From: Dipteris shenzhenensis
Taxonomy: Eukaryota
Strand: one strand, 5' to 3'
Assembly: GCA_047967505.1 (NCBI GenBank)
Contig: CM106538.1
Length of the DNA: 64,000 bases
Made by a program: the position numbers and the translations under genes. Below, one piece after another: positions 38,508 through 50,330 of the stretch. The notes beneath the pieces were generated by a model. That model was not told the origin of the DNA and ran no database searches. It saw only the letters and a list, made by a program, of their open reading frames with translations. Position 1 is the first letter of the stretch. Each line of letters opens with the position of its first letter.

Positions 38508-39139
38508 TGTTAGATATGCTCAATGCCCCACCCTCCTGGTAACCACCAGTGGTTCAAGGTGCTCAAGTTGTAAGGCACCCATATGAGGAGAAGCCATGTG
38601 TGAGCCTGGGACACTGGATGGATCCTGACTTGCATGTCAAGTGAGGTCTATCAATGAGACCGTTGATGGTAGAAAGGTGATTGTGTGGGAGCCCCTTACT
38701 CTTACTAGGGCCAACCCCCTTGGTGGGGGTTCGGGGGCGAGAGCCCTTGAGGCGACAGTATAGGGAATATTACATGAATATTCCATGGATGACTAGTCGG
38801 CTCCACCGACTAGGTTGACTAGTTGACTCCACTGACTAGGTTGATTGGTCGGTTCCACTGACTATGTTGATCCAACTACCGCCCTCATAGCTATAAAGAG
38901 GTGACCTCCCTAGTCCATTGTATCAAATTAGTTCAGTCAGATCAGATCTTCCAGCTAGTAGCTCTCCACCTAGTGTTTGTCTAGATCACCATGTAAGCTC
39001 CACTGTGGGAGTGCACGGGTGGATGGAGCCATCATTTGTACTACATCAGTATTGAAGGAAAATTTTGTTCCTCTCTATTTTGCTGTGTACTCTCTATTCT
39101 TTGTTCAATTTCTATTCCGCTGTGCCGTGTAATTTAACA
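38508..39139 (+). repeat. 3' LTR of copia C (632 bp)
   Basis: Homologous to 22566-23185; preceded by PPT. Confidence 0.92.
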
Positions 39140-39405
39140 AGGTCTCCCACCAATGCAAAAGGCTAATTTCAACATATGCCTTGCCAATGATTCATAAGCA
39201 AAACCCTTGGGAATAGTGAATGTCGTGTCAACAAAAGTCACAAGAGTCTACTTTTCCATTCAATTTGGAATCTTGGATCTCCCAAGAAATACTATCAATC
39301 TTACTGGGACATCCTTGGTTGCAGGAAGCATCAGTTCCCCATGATTGGGGAACTGATAACTGACAATCCAAAATCGTGACACCACAATCAGGGTGAATGT
39401 GAATT
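39140..39405 (+). pseudogene. Ty3/gypsy aspartic protease C-terminal fragment
   Basis: GLPPMQKANFNICLANDS*AKPLGIV ... ILLGHPWLQEASVPHDWGT ... LTIQNRDTTIRVNV. Confidence 0.8.
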
Positions 39406-41134
39406 TAACATGCTTATAAGGTCTTGGAACCAATACCACTATGAATGGAAACTGGGCCGGAGACTATTACCAACAAAGAAAACTATAGGAAGAAGGGCAG
39501 TCATTATGTGCATACCAATAGTAGAATCAAAGTGGAAGGAAGGAGATAAATAGTCCACGCCATCGAGACAGCCACGTAGAGAATAGTGAATGACCATGAG
39601 AATAAATGACCAAATTTGGTAGCATATAACACTAAGAAAGCCAGTGAGAAGAAAAGAGAATGATCTCTTGTAAGATGAAGGTCGAGCCACCTGTTGAATG
39701 CCAAGAAATAGATCACAAGAAGGAGGAGCTTTACATAAAAAGAAGGCTAATAATCACGTAGAAGTTGTGCATAGCCAGTATCTACAGGACTATGATCAAG
39801 GCATGAATAGAGCGAGGTCCCTGAGGATTAAGGTTCGCCATTGAGCAGGACAACGAAGTAGGAAGTAACACAAATTGAAAGCGAGGCTAGACACCAAGAT
39901 AGTGTAATGAGATAAGTACGAATGGGTAAAGAGGAGCATAGAGGATGCAAAAACAATAAGAAGGTGGTAATTTATAACCTAGAGGGAGGTTATTAAGGGA
40001 GGTTACATAGTGATGGTTTTACACAAGAAGGCGTTATAGGGGAATATTTAGTAATAGTTTAAGGTACAAGATAAGGGGGGAAGAGTGGGGGTTAGTGGGG
40101 TGGTGGTTAGTAGAAGTATAGACTAGGCTAGGGTCTTAAGGTTAGAATAAGTTAAGTTAAAAGCTTTAGTTTGGTAAGGGCATAGTTTAGAAAAGGTTAT
40201 CCTTGAAAAACCCGTACCGCTTTAAGTAACATAAATAACATTAATTAAAAAAGGCCCTATGGGTTTATTATGACTTTTTTTAAAGAAAAAAGTACATCAA
40301 CAAGAAATAAGTAAAAGAAGAGCTTTGGCATCTTTATTTCACTCTAAATAGTAATGACCTTAGGGGAAAAAAAATAATTAACTCTAAAAAATTAAAGTTT
40401 AAAACAACAAGAAAACTTACTAATAGAGGGTTTAAACAATTAAAAGATTTAATAGGGTTAAAGGCCAAGAAGAAGCTATGTAACCGATTGCCAAATGATT
40501 TATCACGACATTATAGTATAATAATAGTCTTAAATATAACAATTGTATAAATTAAAAACAAAAGCCAAGAGAAGAACAGTAAATAACAGTTTTAAAAGTT
40601 ACCTAAAGAAATAGCGAATGTATAACAAGAAAAAAATTAGTTAGGAAAGAATCTAAAAGAGGGAGTTAAACCAAGAAAGGTCAATTATTATTTTCAAAAA
40701 CCAAGAAAATTAATTACCATAATAAAGGGAATGGAGTAGTTAATTATTATAAAACATATGATAGGCAAGGGGGTAGGAATCATTATATTACTGCATTGCT
40801 TAAGGTAATGCAAAAAGAGTCAAGTAAACTAGTAAGCTTACAAATTGAAGAAGCTACTAGAACAAAATACTAAACTGATCACTCCCAAAATTTTAGGATC
40901 CATGTACAAGCTGTCATTCTTCCATCAAAGCAAAAGTTCCCATACACCACCAAAGATTAGGGATCCATGAACTTGATAGCCATAAGATGTCAATATTCCA
41001 TTAGAGAGACGGTTCCCTACATATATAACCATAACAGATTAAAAAAGAAGAATTTCTAAAAGGTTTTGTAAGCACTATGTGTGTGCAACAAATGTTAGTG
41101 TGCGTGAGTATGTTTGTGTGAGAAGAAGTAACCA

Positions 41135-41139
<5 letters not shown>

Positions 41140-41168
<29 letters not shown>

Positions 41169-41181
41169 GATTAAAAAGTCT

Positions 41182-41228
<47 letters not shown>

Positions 41229-42915
41229 TAAAAAGTTCCATCAATAATTGTGCCATACACTTAATTCCATCAATTGGATAAAAATTTAAAAAAGGAAAAC
41301 ATATAAGGAAAAAACATTTGAGACATCTAAGTTGAAAAATGCAATTAGAGGTTGCAAAAATTTTGATCAAATTAAGAATTTTTAATAATATTGAGTTTGA
41401 CAAACATAATATTGAAAAAAAATGTTGAATCCTCATGCAGTCCAGGTTCCAAGGTTAGGGTCCACTTACCTACCACCATCCAAACAAACTAGGTGTTAGA
41501 ACATCATAGTTACATCTGGGTGGATAGGTAATGCCTGTTCTCCCTGGCTTGTTATCGCTTTACCTAGGAATATAGACAACCATATGGATTCTTAGATAAA
41601 TTTAAAAAACGTTTAGTCACAAGTGAAGTTTAAGTCACAAGTGGAGTAAGGAGTGAATGCGTGCATGGGTTAAGAAGGGATTAGAGGAGGTATGGGACGA
41701 TTAGTGGGCTTGGTATGTGGGGTGGTTAAAAAGAGAGTGTAAAGGTAAGAGTTCAAGGGGTTACATAAAAGAATAACTCATAGTTAGGGAAGTATTCATG
41801 TGTGTGTGTGTGTGTCTTTGTGTGTAAAGAAATAAGTGTCTATGTGTGTGAGATACACTTAGTAATCTTTGTGTGTGTGTGTGTGTGTGTGTGTTTGTGT
41901 GTGGTCCACCCTCAACCCAAAGGGTAAGATCACATGGTGGGGAGTAAGCCCACATGTGGAACTTACTCCCCACCTATAAAATAGATATAAACGTTAGTAA
42001 AAATAAAGGTGGATCACAACAACATGACTAGGGATTATATCCATGCTAAAGAATTATCCAATGGATGTGAATTAATTGTATGGCACTAGCCCAACCAAAG
42101 GCTAGTTGGGAAATAAAAGTGTCTGTTTAGATTAAAAAGTCCCATCAATAATTAAGCCATACAATTAATTCCATCAATTGGATAAAAAGTTAAAAAAGGA
42201 AAACATATAAGGAAAAAATGTTTGAGACATCTAAGTTGAAAAATGCAACTAGATATTGCAAAAATTTTGATCAAATTAAGTATTTTTAATAATATTGAGT
42301 TTGACAAACATAATATTAAAAAAAGATGTCGAATCTTCAGGTAGAGTCTAGGTTTCGAGGTCATGGTCCACTTACCTGCCACCATCCAAACAAACTAGGT
42401 GTTAGAACATCATAGTTACATTTGGGTAGACTGGTAATGCTTGTTTTCCTCGGCTTGTTATCGCTTTACCTAGGAATATAGACAACCATATGGATTCTTA
42501 AATAAATTAAAAAAATGTTTAGCCATAAGTGAAGTTTAAGTCACAAGTGGAGTAAGGAGCAAATGAGTGCATGGGTTAAGAAGGGATTAGAGGAGGTATG
42601 GGACAATTAGTGGGCTTGGTATGTGGGGTGGTTAAAAACAAAGTGTAAAGGGAAGATTTCAAGGGTTACATAAAATAATAATCATAGTTAGGGAAGTATT
42701 CGTGTGTGTGTGCATGTTTATGTGTAAAGAAAGAAGTGTCTTTGTGTGTGACATACACTAACTAATCAAATTTGTGTGTGTGTGTTTATATGTAAAAGTC
42801 CCGTCAATAAATGAGCCATACAATTAATTCCACCATTTGGATAAAAAGTTATATATGAAACAAGTACAAAAATAATTACGACATCTAAGTTGGGACTTGC
42901 CAAAATTTGATGATT
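41140..42915. repeat. Diverged tandem unit bounded by (TG)n (~41224-41895, ~42128-42785, partial 42790-42915)
   Basis: tagattaaaaagt(t/c)ccatcaataatt...catagttagggaagtattc recurs; (TG)n at unit borders. Confidence 0.9.
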
Positions 42916-43456
42916 GATGTAAATCACTAGGGGTACATTTTAGGATGTAGTAAGAGTGTGAAGATTCATAATGACTTGACTTGCTATTTTTACTTAGGGC
43001 TTTGGGATATGCGTACCCCATTGTGATGCTGTGCATGGGACCCTGGTGCACTTATCTAGGTAGACTAAGGATTCATATGTATATTTGTAAACACTAGAAG
43101 GATTAGATGAAGAGGTAAGCTAAGATATATAGGGGACTTGGACATTGTGACTCCTAGACTCAAGATTTATACACATGTAGACATAGCAAGCTAAACTAAG
43201 TTTATATAGACCATCTACCAAACCATTGATGCTCTAGAATTGGAGGGTTCTCCCATGAATCCATCAAAGCTCATGAATTATTTTGAGCTAGATAGGTCAC
43301 CTTGTTATGGTCCATGCACAAAGTATGGGCTAAGGATTGAATCCAGAGATTGGATTGATGCAAAGCTAGGTAGGTAGGTAGCCAAGATGTTGCTCAAGAC
43401 ATTGTCTTTAGGCTTATGTAGCACTATACTAGACCCAAGTCAATTGAGCGATGAGT

Positions 43457-43480
43457 AGAGAGAGATAGATAGATAGATAG

Positions 43481-43527
<47 letters not shown>

Positions 43528-43537
43528 GAGAGAGAGA
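43457..43537. repeat. (GATA)n/(GA)n microsatellite
   Basis: Directly visible. Confidence 0.95.
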
Positions 43538-45593
43538 TGCTCCAACATAGAGATTAAAGTGAGAAGTTGTTACTTACTCTATGTCGAGAGTGGATTCCTG
43601 TGGCAGTGGTGGCTAGTCTTCTTCATCTGGTGAATGCTAGACTTTAGACACATCCATCTAGCCATCCCATTGATGGATCACCCTTAGCTATTATGCCTAC
43701 CTACACCCCCACCAAGATTGTCCCAACCTCTCCATGAAGATCGAAGAGCAATTGTGAATGGCCTTTTGGTGAAGATCGTAGAGTCCTCTCATGGAGAATC
43801 ACCCCTCCCATATGCATCCCTCATGGATCATTATCAAGAGTCCAAGGGATGGGCTACATATTAGAAAATATGCTCCGACATTTTTAGATTTTTGTTTTAC
43901 TTAGTTCGAAGATTTTTTTTAGAGCACTTCCCAAAGAATTAAAGTTGATAGAATTATTTGTGCTTGTCTTGTATGCCATGAGGAAATTGATATATTGGCT
44001 CAAGAATAGTATCATCAAGTAGGATTTGCATTGGGCGACAAGACAATTTTCTTCAAATACCCACAGATAATATGGGATCAACACATGCACTGAAATGTAG
44101 ACAACACCATTATATTGGATGATTCTTTGTACAAGGTTCACCAAAATCTGTCTGGTACATGGTGCATACTTCCCAAGTTCGAGCTACAGGATTATGAAGA
44201 AATGTAGTTGTATTTGATGGAGGATGTATAGCCATGGCTATTTGTTTGGCATCCATGCTAGGATCATTAGGCATATAGAGCCCACAGTTTGAGCACTACC
44301 TATTCAACAATGCGAGGAGTCTATAAAATTTTTGGAATTCATAGTTAAGAAGAAGGAAATGATGCAAAGAAGAAGAAAACGGATGCAAAGGAACAATAGG
44401 ATGCCATATAAGGTCATCTTCTCATTGTAGTGTATGTGTTGTACAAAAACTACAAACATAAGTCTTTTCAACAAGCATAAGACTGTTCTGTGTACCAGTT
44501 TGTATTATCTTTCAAGAAAAAAACTTGAATTTTCACAAGGATTATCTATCATTTGTTCTTGGATTACCTCAAATTTGTTCATGGATTATCTTGCATTTGT
44601 TCTTGGATTATATTTTTGATTATCTTGCATTTGTTCCACATCAGTTGCCATATACTCTGCTACTCAACACATAAATTGTGATATGCTAGATAGGGAAATG
44701 GGCAAACAAATGACTAGTTATTGGTTGACCATCATTTTGTTGAAAACTGTGAATTTAATCCACATCTTTGAATTCAAGAGGACTTAGATTTGAAATTTGC
44801 GATTGCAAAGGATGTGACCCTACTTTGTTGGGATGGGAAAGGATATTGGTGATTTTGAAGAATGCAAAAACAAAAAAAAGTTATGTGGATCCTCTTGCAT
44901 AATGCAAGCTAGGAAAGTAGGGTAAACAAGGATGCCAAAGTTTTGCTAAATAGGGAAGTGGAAGATTTCACAGTTATAGCAGTTGACAAAAAGGAAAGGG
45001 TGAGGCTAGAGGAATGTGCTCAAACTAGGCATAAGTGCAACACCAAATGGATGCTTTCACTTTTGTTCATAACTAACATCACAATTTATCTAAAATACTA
45101 GCTTGCACTTCAATACTTATGTCAAACAAATCCGATAACTTCAAAAACTAAAATGAAAATTTGGCTAATTCACCTTGGGCAATTTGGTATGGTGCTAGAG
45201 ATTTAGATGTAGCACAAGAGGTGATGGATATTTGCTAAGGAAAGAGCTGATGTGAAGAATCCATCTATGTATGCCGTGTGATTTCAAAAGGAAAACTAGC
45301 ACATTGCAAGTTGGATAGGCTTAACAATATGATACAAAGTATCTAGGAAATAGAGGATGTAGGCTGAAACAATTTTGCAATATACAAAATACAAAGGAAG
45401 AAACATACAAACTATGCTAGTAGTTAACATATAAATTGTGCTATGCTAGTTGGCATATAAAATTCTCTCTTGTGAAATCCACGTTGACTTATATTAGAAA
45501 GTTGTCCCAAAAGAGGAGAGTTGAATATATAAAATCAAGGCAATAACACATTAGTTACAACACTTGTTGCATTGAGAGATCCCATTTTATGTT

Positions 45594-45709
45594 GATATGG
45601 CCCTCAAGGGATTCCCTTTAGGGCAGGGGTCATATAGACATGCCACATACGTCTAGTGGCATGTCGATATGGCCCTTTCCCCTAAAGAGGACCCCTCAAG
45701 GGCCATATC
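45594..45709. repeat. ~116-bp imperfect palindrome whose arms are themselves inverted repeats
   Basis: gatatggccctcaaggg...gacatgccac vs gtggcatgtcg...ctcaagggccatatc. Confidence 0.88.
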
Positions 45710-45799
45710 GATTACATTTTTAAATAGCTTAATTTATATTCTTAGCATGCCATTGGGTGGAAACAGATCAAGGTAGGAAAACATACTTGTTCACATACC

Positions 45800-47070
45800 T
45801 AAGTTAGCATACTTATGCTAGCTTACTTGTTAGCATACTTATGTTATCTTACTTGTTAGCATATATATGCTAGCATACTTATGTTAGCACAATTTTTAGC
45901 ATACTTATGCTACTATATTAATGTTAGCATATTTGTGTTAGTGTACTTATACTAACATACATGTTGACATAGATTACCTTTTGAATGTTTCCAAACACTT
46001 CATATTGTTACATATGACCTCATGGGTCTCTGGAGTGATTGAGAAAAGATTTCTTTATTTTGGGATCCTCTCTATAGGTATCTTGATGCAATGCACAAGG
46101 TGTGAGAATATGTGGACTGTCGGTTGAGTCGTGAGGAGTTTAAAGGAATAGTGATTTATTTGTTTGTAGAATAGACCCTTAATGACATAAGAACCCCTGG
46201 CTATGACATTTCCCCATCATGATAGTCTTGATCAGATTGGTTTTTTTATGTAGTGCATTTAAGAAGGTAAAAATCTACACCCTCAACATTATTTGTCTTA
46301 TGCTAATAAGCATTGCAATTGCTAGCAAGCATTGCAAGTGCTAACAAACATTACAGGTGCTAACAACTATGGGTGATACTGGAAAGAATTGTAGGGCTAA
46401 CAAGCACAAGCATTTCTTTCCAGCACATGCTAACAAGCACATGTAATTCTTGTTAGCACATGCATGTTATTTCATGTGCCAACAAGCACCTACAATAATA
46501 GGAATGTCATGTGCTAGCTAGCATCTAGTAGTGGTTAATGAGAGTGCTAATAAGCATTGCACTTGTGCTAACAAGGATGGCAGGTGCTAACAAGAATTTT
46601 AGGTGCTAGCAACCACAAGTGATGCTGGCAAGAATTATAAGCACTAACAAGCACTACAGGTGCTAACTAGCATATGGTAGTTATAGATGAGAGTATTACA
46701 AGTGCTAACAAGGATTGCGGGTGCTAATAAGCATTGTAGGTGCTAGCAACTATAGGTGGTGCTAGAATTGCATGTGCTAACAAGCACAAGAATTTCTTGA
46801 TAGTACATGCTAACAAGTAGTGCCAACAAGCACCTACAATAACAGGCATTCCATGTGCTAGCTAGCATCTTGCAGTGGTAAATGAGAGTGCTAATAAGGA
46901 TTGTAGGTGCCAGAAAGAATTGCATGTGCTAACTAGCATACAGTAGTGGTAAATGAGAGTGCTAATTGCAAGTGCTAACAAAAATTGATAGTGCTAAGAA
47001 GAACTGCAAGTGCTGGCAAGAATCATGTGTTCCAAGCAGCCTATGACATTGGTAAAAGAGAGTGCTAATG
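45800..47070. repeat. Minisatellite arrays with core TGTTAGCA (45800-45960) and its reverse complement TGCTAACA (46300-47070)
   Basis: tgttagcatactta repeats followed by tgctaacaagca repeats. Confidence 0.85.
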
Positions 47071-47959
47071 TGGAAACCATCCCATGATTTCGGCTAAAAG
47101 CACATGACATTGGAAATCAACATATCATATGGTAAATATCATGTCGGTGGCAAGTTGCAAAGTAGGAGCTATCAATCATGCACTCTAGTAGGTTGTACCT
47201 AAGCATGGGAAAGAGGGAGGGAGAGAGAGAAAGGGATAACATAAGTGGGGAAGTGAGAAGGGGTGGGAGGAAGGGAGCTATGGTGCAAGCGGCAAGGGAA
47301 AGGGGAGTGAGGGGGATATACATGGCAAGAGTGAGTGAAGAGATGGAGACATCAAAGAAGAAGGGGCATACTTTATTGAAAGTGAGGGAGAATGGGAAAT
47401 CATAGTACAAAGGTGGTGGCTATACAAGAGCAAGCATCAAGGAATAGCCCCTCCTTTTATAACTAAAGGGAGGGGCTCTCCTAATAAATGCATCTTCCCA
47501 TTGCATGGTGTGTGTGGAGTCATATTCCATGTGAACTAGGTGGGTACACACCCTCAATATTATGCGACAATCCCTTTTCTCAAAAATCAAACCTTCTTAT
47601 GTTAAGATGCCCCATGGCTCCTTCTCAATTTTATAATACCTAGGAGGACAAGTGGAGGGCTGGCACAAATATTCTTGCCACCTCATCGTACTCTTCCCTT
47701 TATTGAAATATAATCACTTGGACTATGCACAACCAATCTATATGGGACCACATCCCACATGGAGTAGGTTCAAGGTTGCTTGCCACCTCCACCAAATTTA
47801 TACTGTATATCCCATTGACCTTGGACATATCTCACTTAATGTTTGGATGGGACTGCCTAGGTGGAGGGTGGTACATGGGGATACCCTAACAACTCATCAT
47901 ACTATAATTAGTGTATGGACTAGGTGAAGGGCGGCACATGGTATGATGCATGCCCAAAC

Positions 47960-50330
47960 CACTTTAGTTTGCCAAAACCACATACACTAATTCAAAAGGG
48001 GTATGTCGAGTGAATGTCTTGTGAGTGTGTTGTATGACCAAACCTTTGTAGTAGCCTTTTGGTCCCACTAGATACAATGTCCACCATCTTACCCATGGAC
48101 TTGCAGAGGAGGCCATTGGTTCACTCCACTTGACCCATGGATGTTGGATAATTGATTCTAGAAGTGCAATGATTGATACCCATAAAATCCATGAGCAACT
48201 CCACAACTTCATTTAGGAATGGGCTTCCATGATTTGACACTATCTCCATGGGTGTTCTAAATCGTATGCATATGCGCTCAAAGATGAATCAAAGACTACC
48301 TTACCATTTGCTAATGAGAGAGCTACATCATTAGCCCACTTGATGACATATTGCAAGGCCACCAAAAGATACTTCTTCTTGCAGGCTGTCATTGGCAAAG
48401 GCCCCACAAAGTCTATCCCCCAATTTGAAATGGATGGATGGACATCATAGGGTCCTACAAAAAATAGACAAGGTTCACAGCTCCTACAATACATAGTAAC
48501 ATCCTTCAACATAATCAACCACCACCAGTAATATCGTGCATGCAAATTCTTTTTGGAGGTATAGTCTGCCGAATAATGTCCACCACAAAACCCATCATGG
48601 TACTGCATCAACACTTTAGGCAATTCATCTACATCAATCGCACTCCTCAATACTCCATCCATGCCTTGGTGGTACAACATCCCATCAAAGAGGGTGTAGC
48701 ACCTACTATCTTTGCAGATCTTCTTCCCCTCATAACTGGTGCTATCAGGTGGAAACAAAGTAGACAAAAACTTGTAGATGCCTCCATACCATGGATCATT
48801 TACTTCTATGGCTTCAATGAGGTCTACATCAGAACATTCTTCCAAATCAATCAAGGCATTCTTCAAATTGGAACAACCCCTGTTTACAATCTTGAAAGAA
48901 AAGTCACATTCTTGAAGGATTTCCAACCACTTAGCCAATTGGCCGAGGGGATTTGGTGATTGCAAAACCTACTTTGCAAGGCCATTTCTTGAAATGATGA
49001 TAAAGGGTCTATGTGCCACATAGTGCTTAAAATTTTCAATGCAAAACACCAAAGATAGAGCATGATTGTCGGCCTTTGGATAGTGCTACTTAGTTTTAAG
49101 CATCTACCGTGAAGCAAATTGAATGCGATACATGAATCGGTCTTCCCCTTGTTGGAGAAGAATTCCTACCAAAGTGTGTTCCCAAAACTTTGGGTTGATA
49201 TAGAAGGTCTTAGACCAATTAAGATTACATAGGATTGGTTCAAAAGCAAGAGCACCCTTGATTTGCACAAAACCTTGATCACAATCCTCACTCCAAGAGA
49301 TATCAACACCATCTTTCAACAAAATAGTCATAGGCCGTGTCAAGGCGGCATACTCATCAATGAAGGATCCTACCAAATTCAAAAATTAGCGCACTTAATG
49401 CTTTGTAGTTGGTGGGGGGAACTTAAGAATTGCATCTACCTTTTCTAGATGAAGCCTAACACTGTCTGTTGAGACAATGTGCTCAAGCAATCTACCTTGA
49501 GTGGTGGCTCCAATAGTGCATTTCTTAGGGTTGAGGACTGAGGTTGCCATTTGCTTCATCAATTCTTCTTTGAAAGTCCATGGGGACCTTCATGACATGC
49601 TCATTTCATGTGGAGAATATGCAAAAGTCATCTAGGAACACTTCTAATAAAATTCCCAAATAAGGGGCAAACACCATCTGCATGAACCATTGGAATGTGA
49701 CAAGAGCATTGGTGAGACCGAACAGCATTAACTTGAAAGAAAAAGTCCCCCATGGGGTAGAAAATGTGGTCTTGCACATGTCCTTCTTGGCAATTTTGAT
49801 TTGATAGAATTCAGAGTAGCCATCAGAGAAAGTGTGCATCTCATGACCACTCACCTTCTCTAAAATGATGTCTTAAAAAGGTAGAGGATGATGATCTCTC
49901 TTTGTGGCAAGATTGAGCTACCTGTAGTCGATGCTCAGGGGGGTCACTATGTATAAACCCTCTATATCACGTGCGTTCAAGGCATATTTCTAAAATCCCT
50001 TATCTGTAAATTTTTCATTAATAAAATGTACCCTTTTTCTATACAAATCTGTAAATTTTTTTGAAAATTGTTTTAAATACTCCCTTATGTAAATTAACTT
50101 TTGTTAAATTTAGATATTAAAAACATCCTTCTATTGAACTCACGTGATAGGGTTACATATAATGAGTGACCCCCCCGAGAGTCGATGCAAATATGCCACT
50201 TGTTCTTCTTTGGGAGTGACAACTGCTGGTGAAACCCATGTCAACTACATATAAATTGACTGAGGTGGTGAACCCATTAATAGTGGTGGGCAAATCCTCA
50301 ATAACCCCCATGGAGGCAGCCGTCTCCCAT
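47960..50330 (-). pseudogene. Degenerate Ty3/gypsy pol (protease remnant, RT, RNase H, integrase), interrupted by a MITE
   Basis: GVIEDLPTTINGF, WHICIDYR, DGYSEFYQI...KTTFSTPWG...VFLDDF, GQLAKWLEILQECDF, HDGFCGGHY, WGIDFVGPLP, TPFELVY. Confidence 0.9.
49934..50179. mobile_element. MITE copy 1 (246 bp), TIR CTC(A/G)GGGGGGTCACT, 8-bp TSD AGTCGATG
   Basis: TSD at 49926-49933 and 50180-50187; removing it restores the RT motif WHICIDYR. Confidence 0.95.

Larger units (their letters stand above)
22566..39139 (+). mobile_element. Copia element C (old), host of D and A'; coding pieces at 23263-23670, 29937-31131 and 37037-38507
   Basis: LTRs at 22566-23185 and 38508-39139; PBS at 23186-23197; gag GKLDGTNYTLWKFK; integrase; RT EYD|SIMKNKTW rejoins across A'; PPT gagaagggg; no TSD (tgctt/aggtc). 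Confidence 0.88.

Noticed and set aside
43884-44144. Winged-helix (RFX or D5-primase-like) domain suggested by NFNSLGSALKKIF
   Set aside because: The resemblance is short, with no supporting helicase or primase motifs nearby; it would need an HMM search
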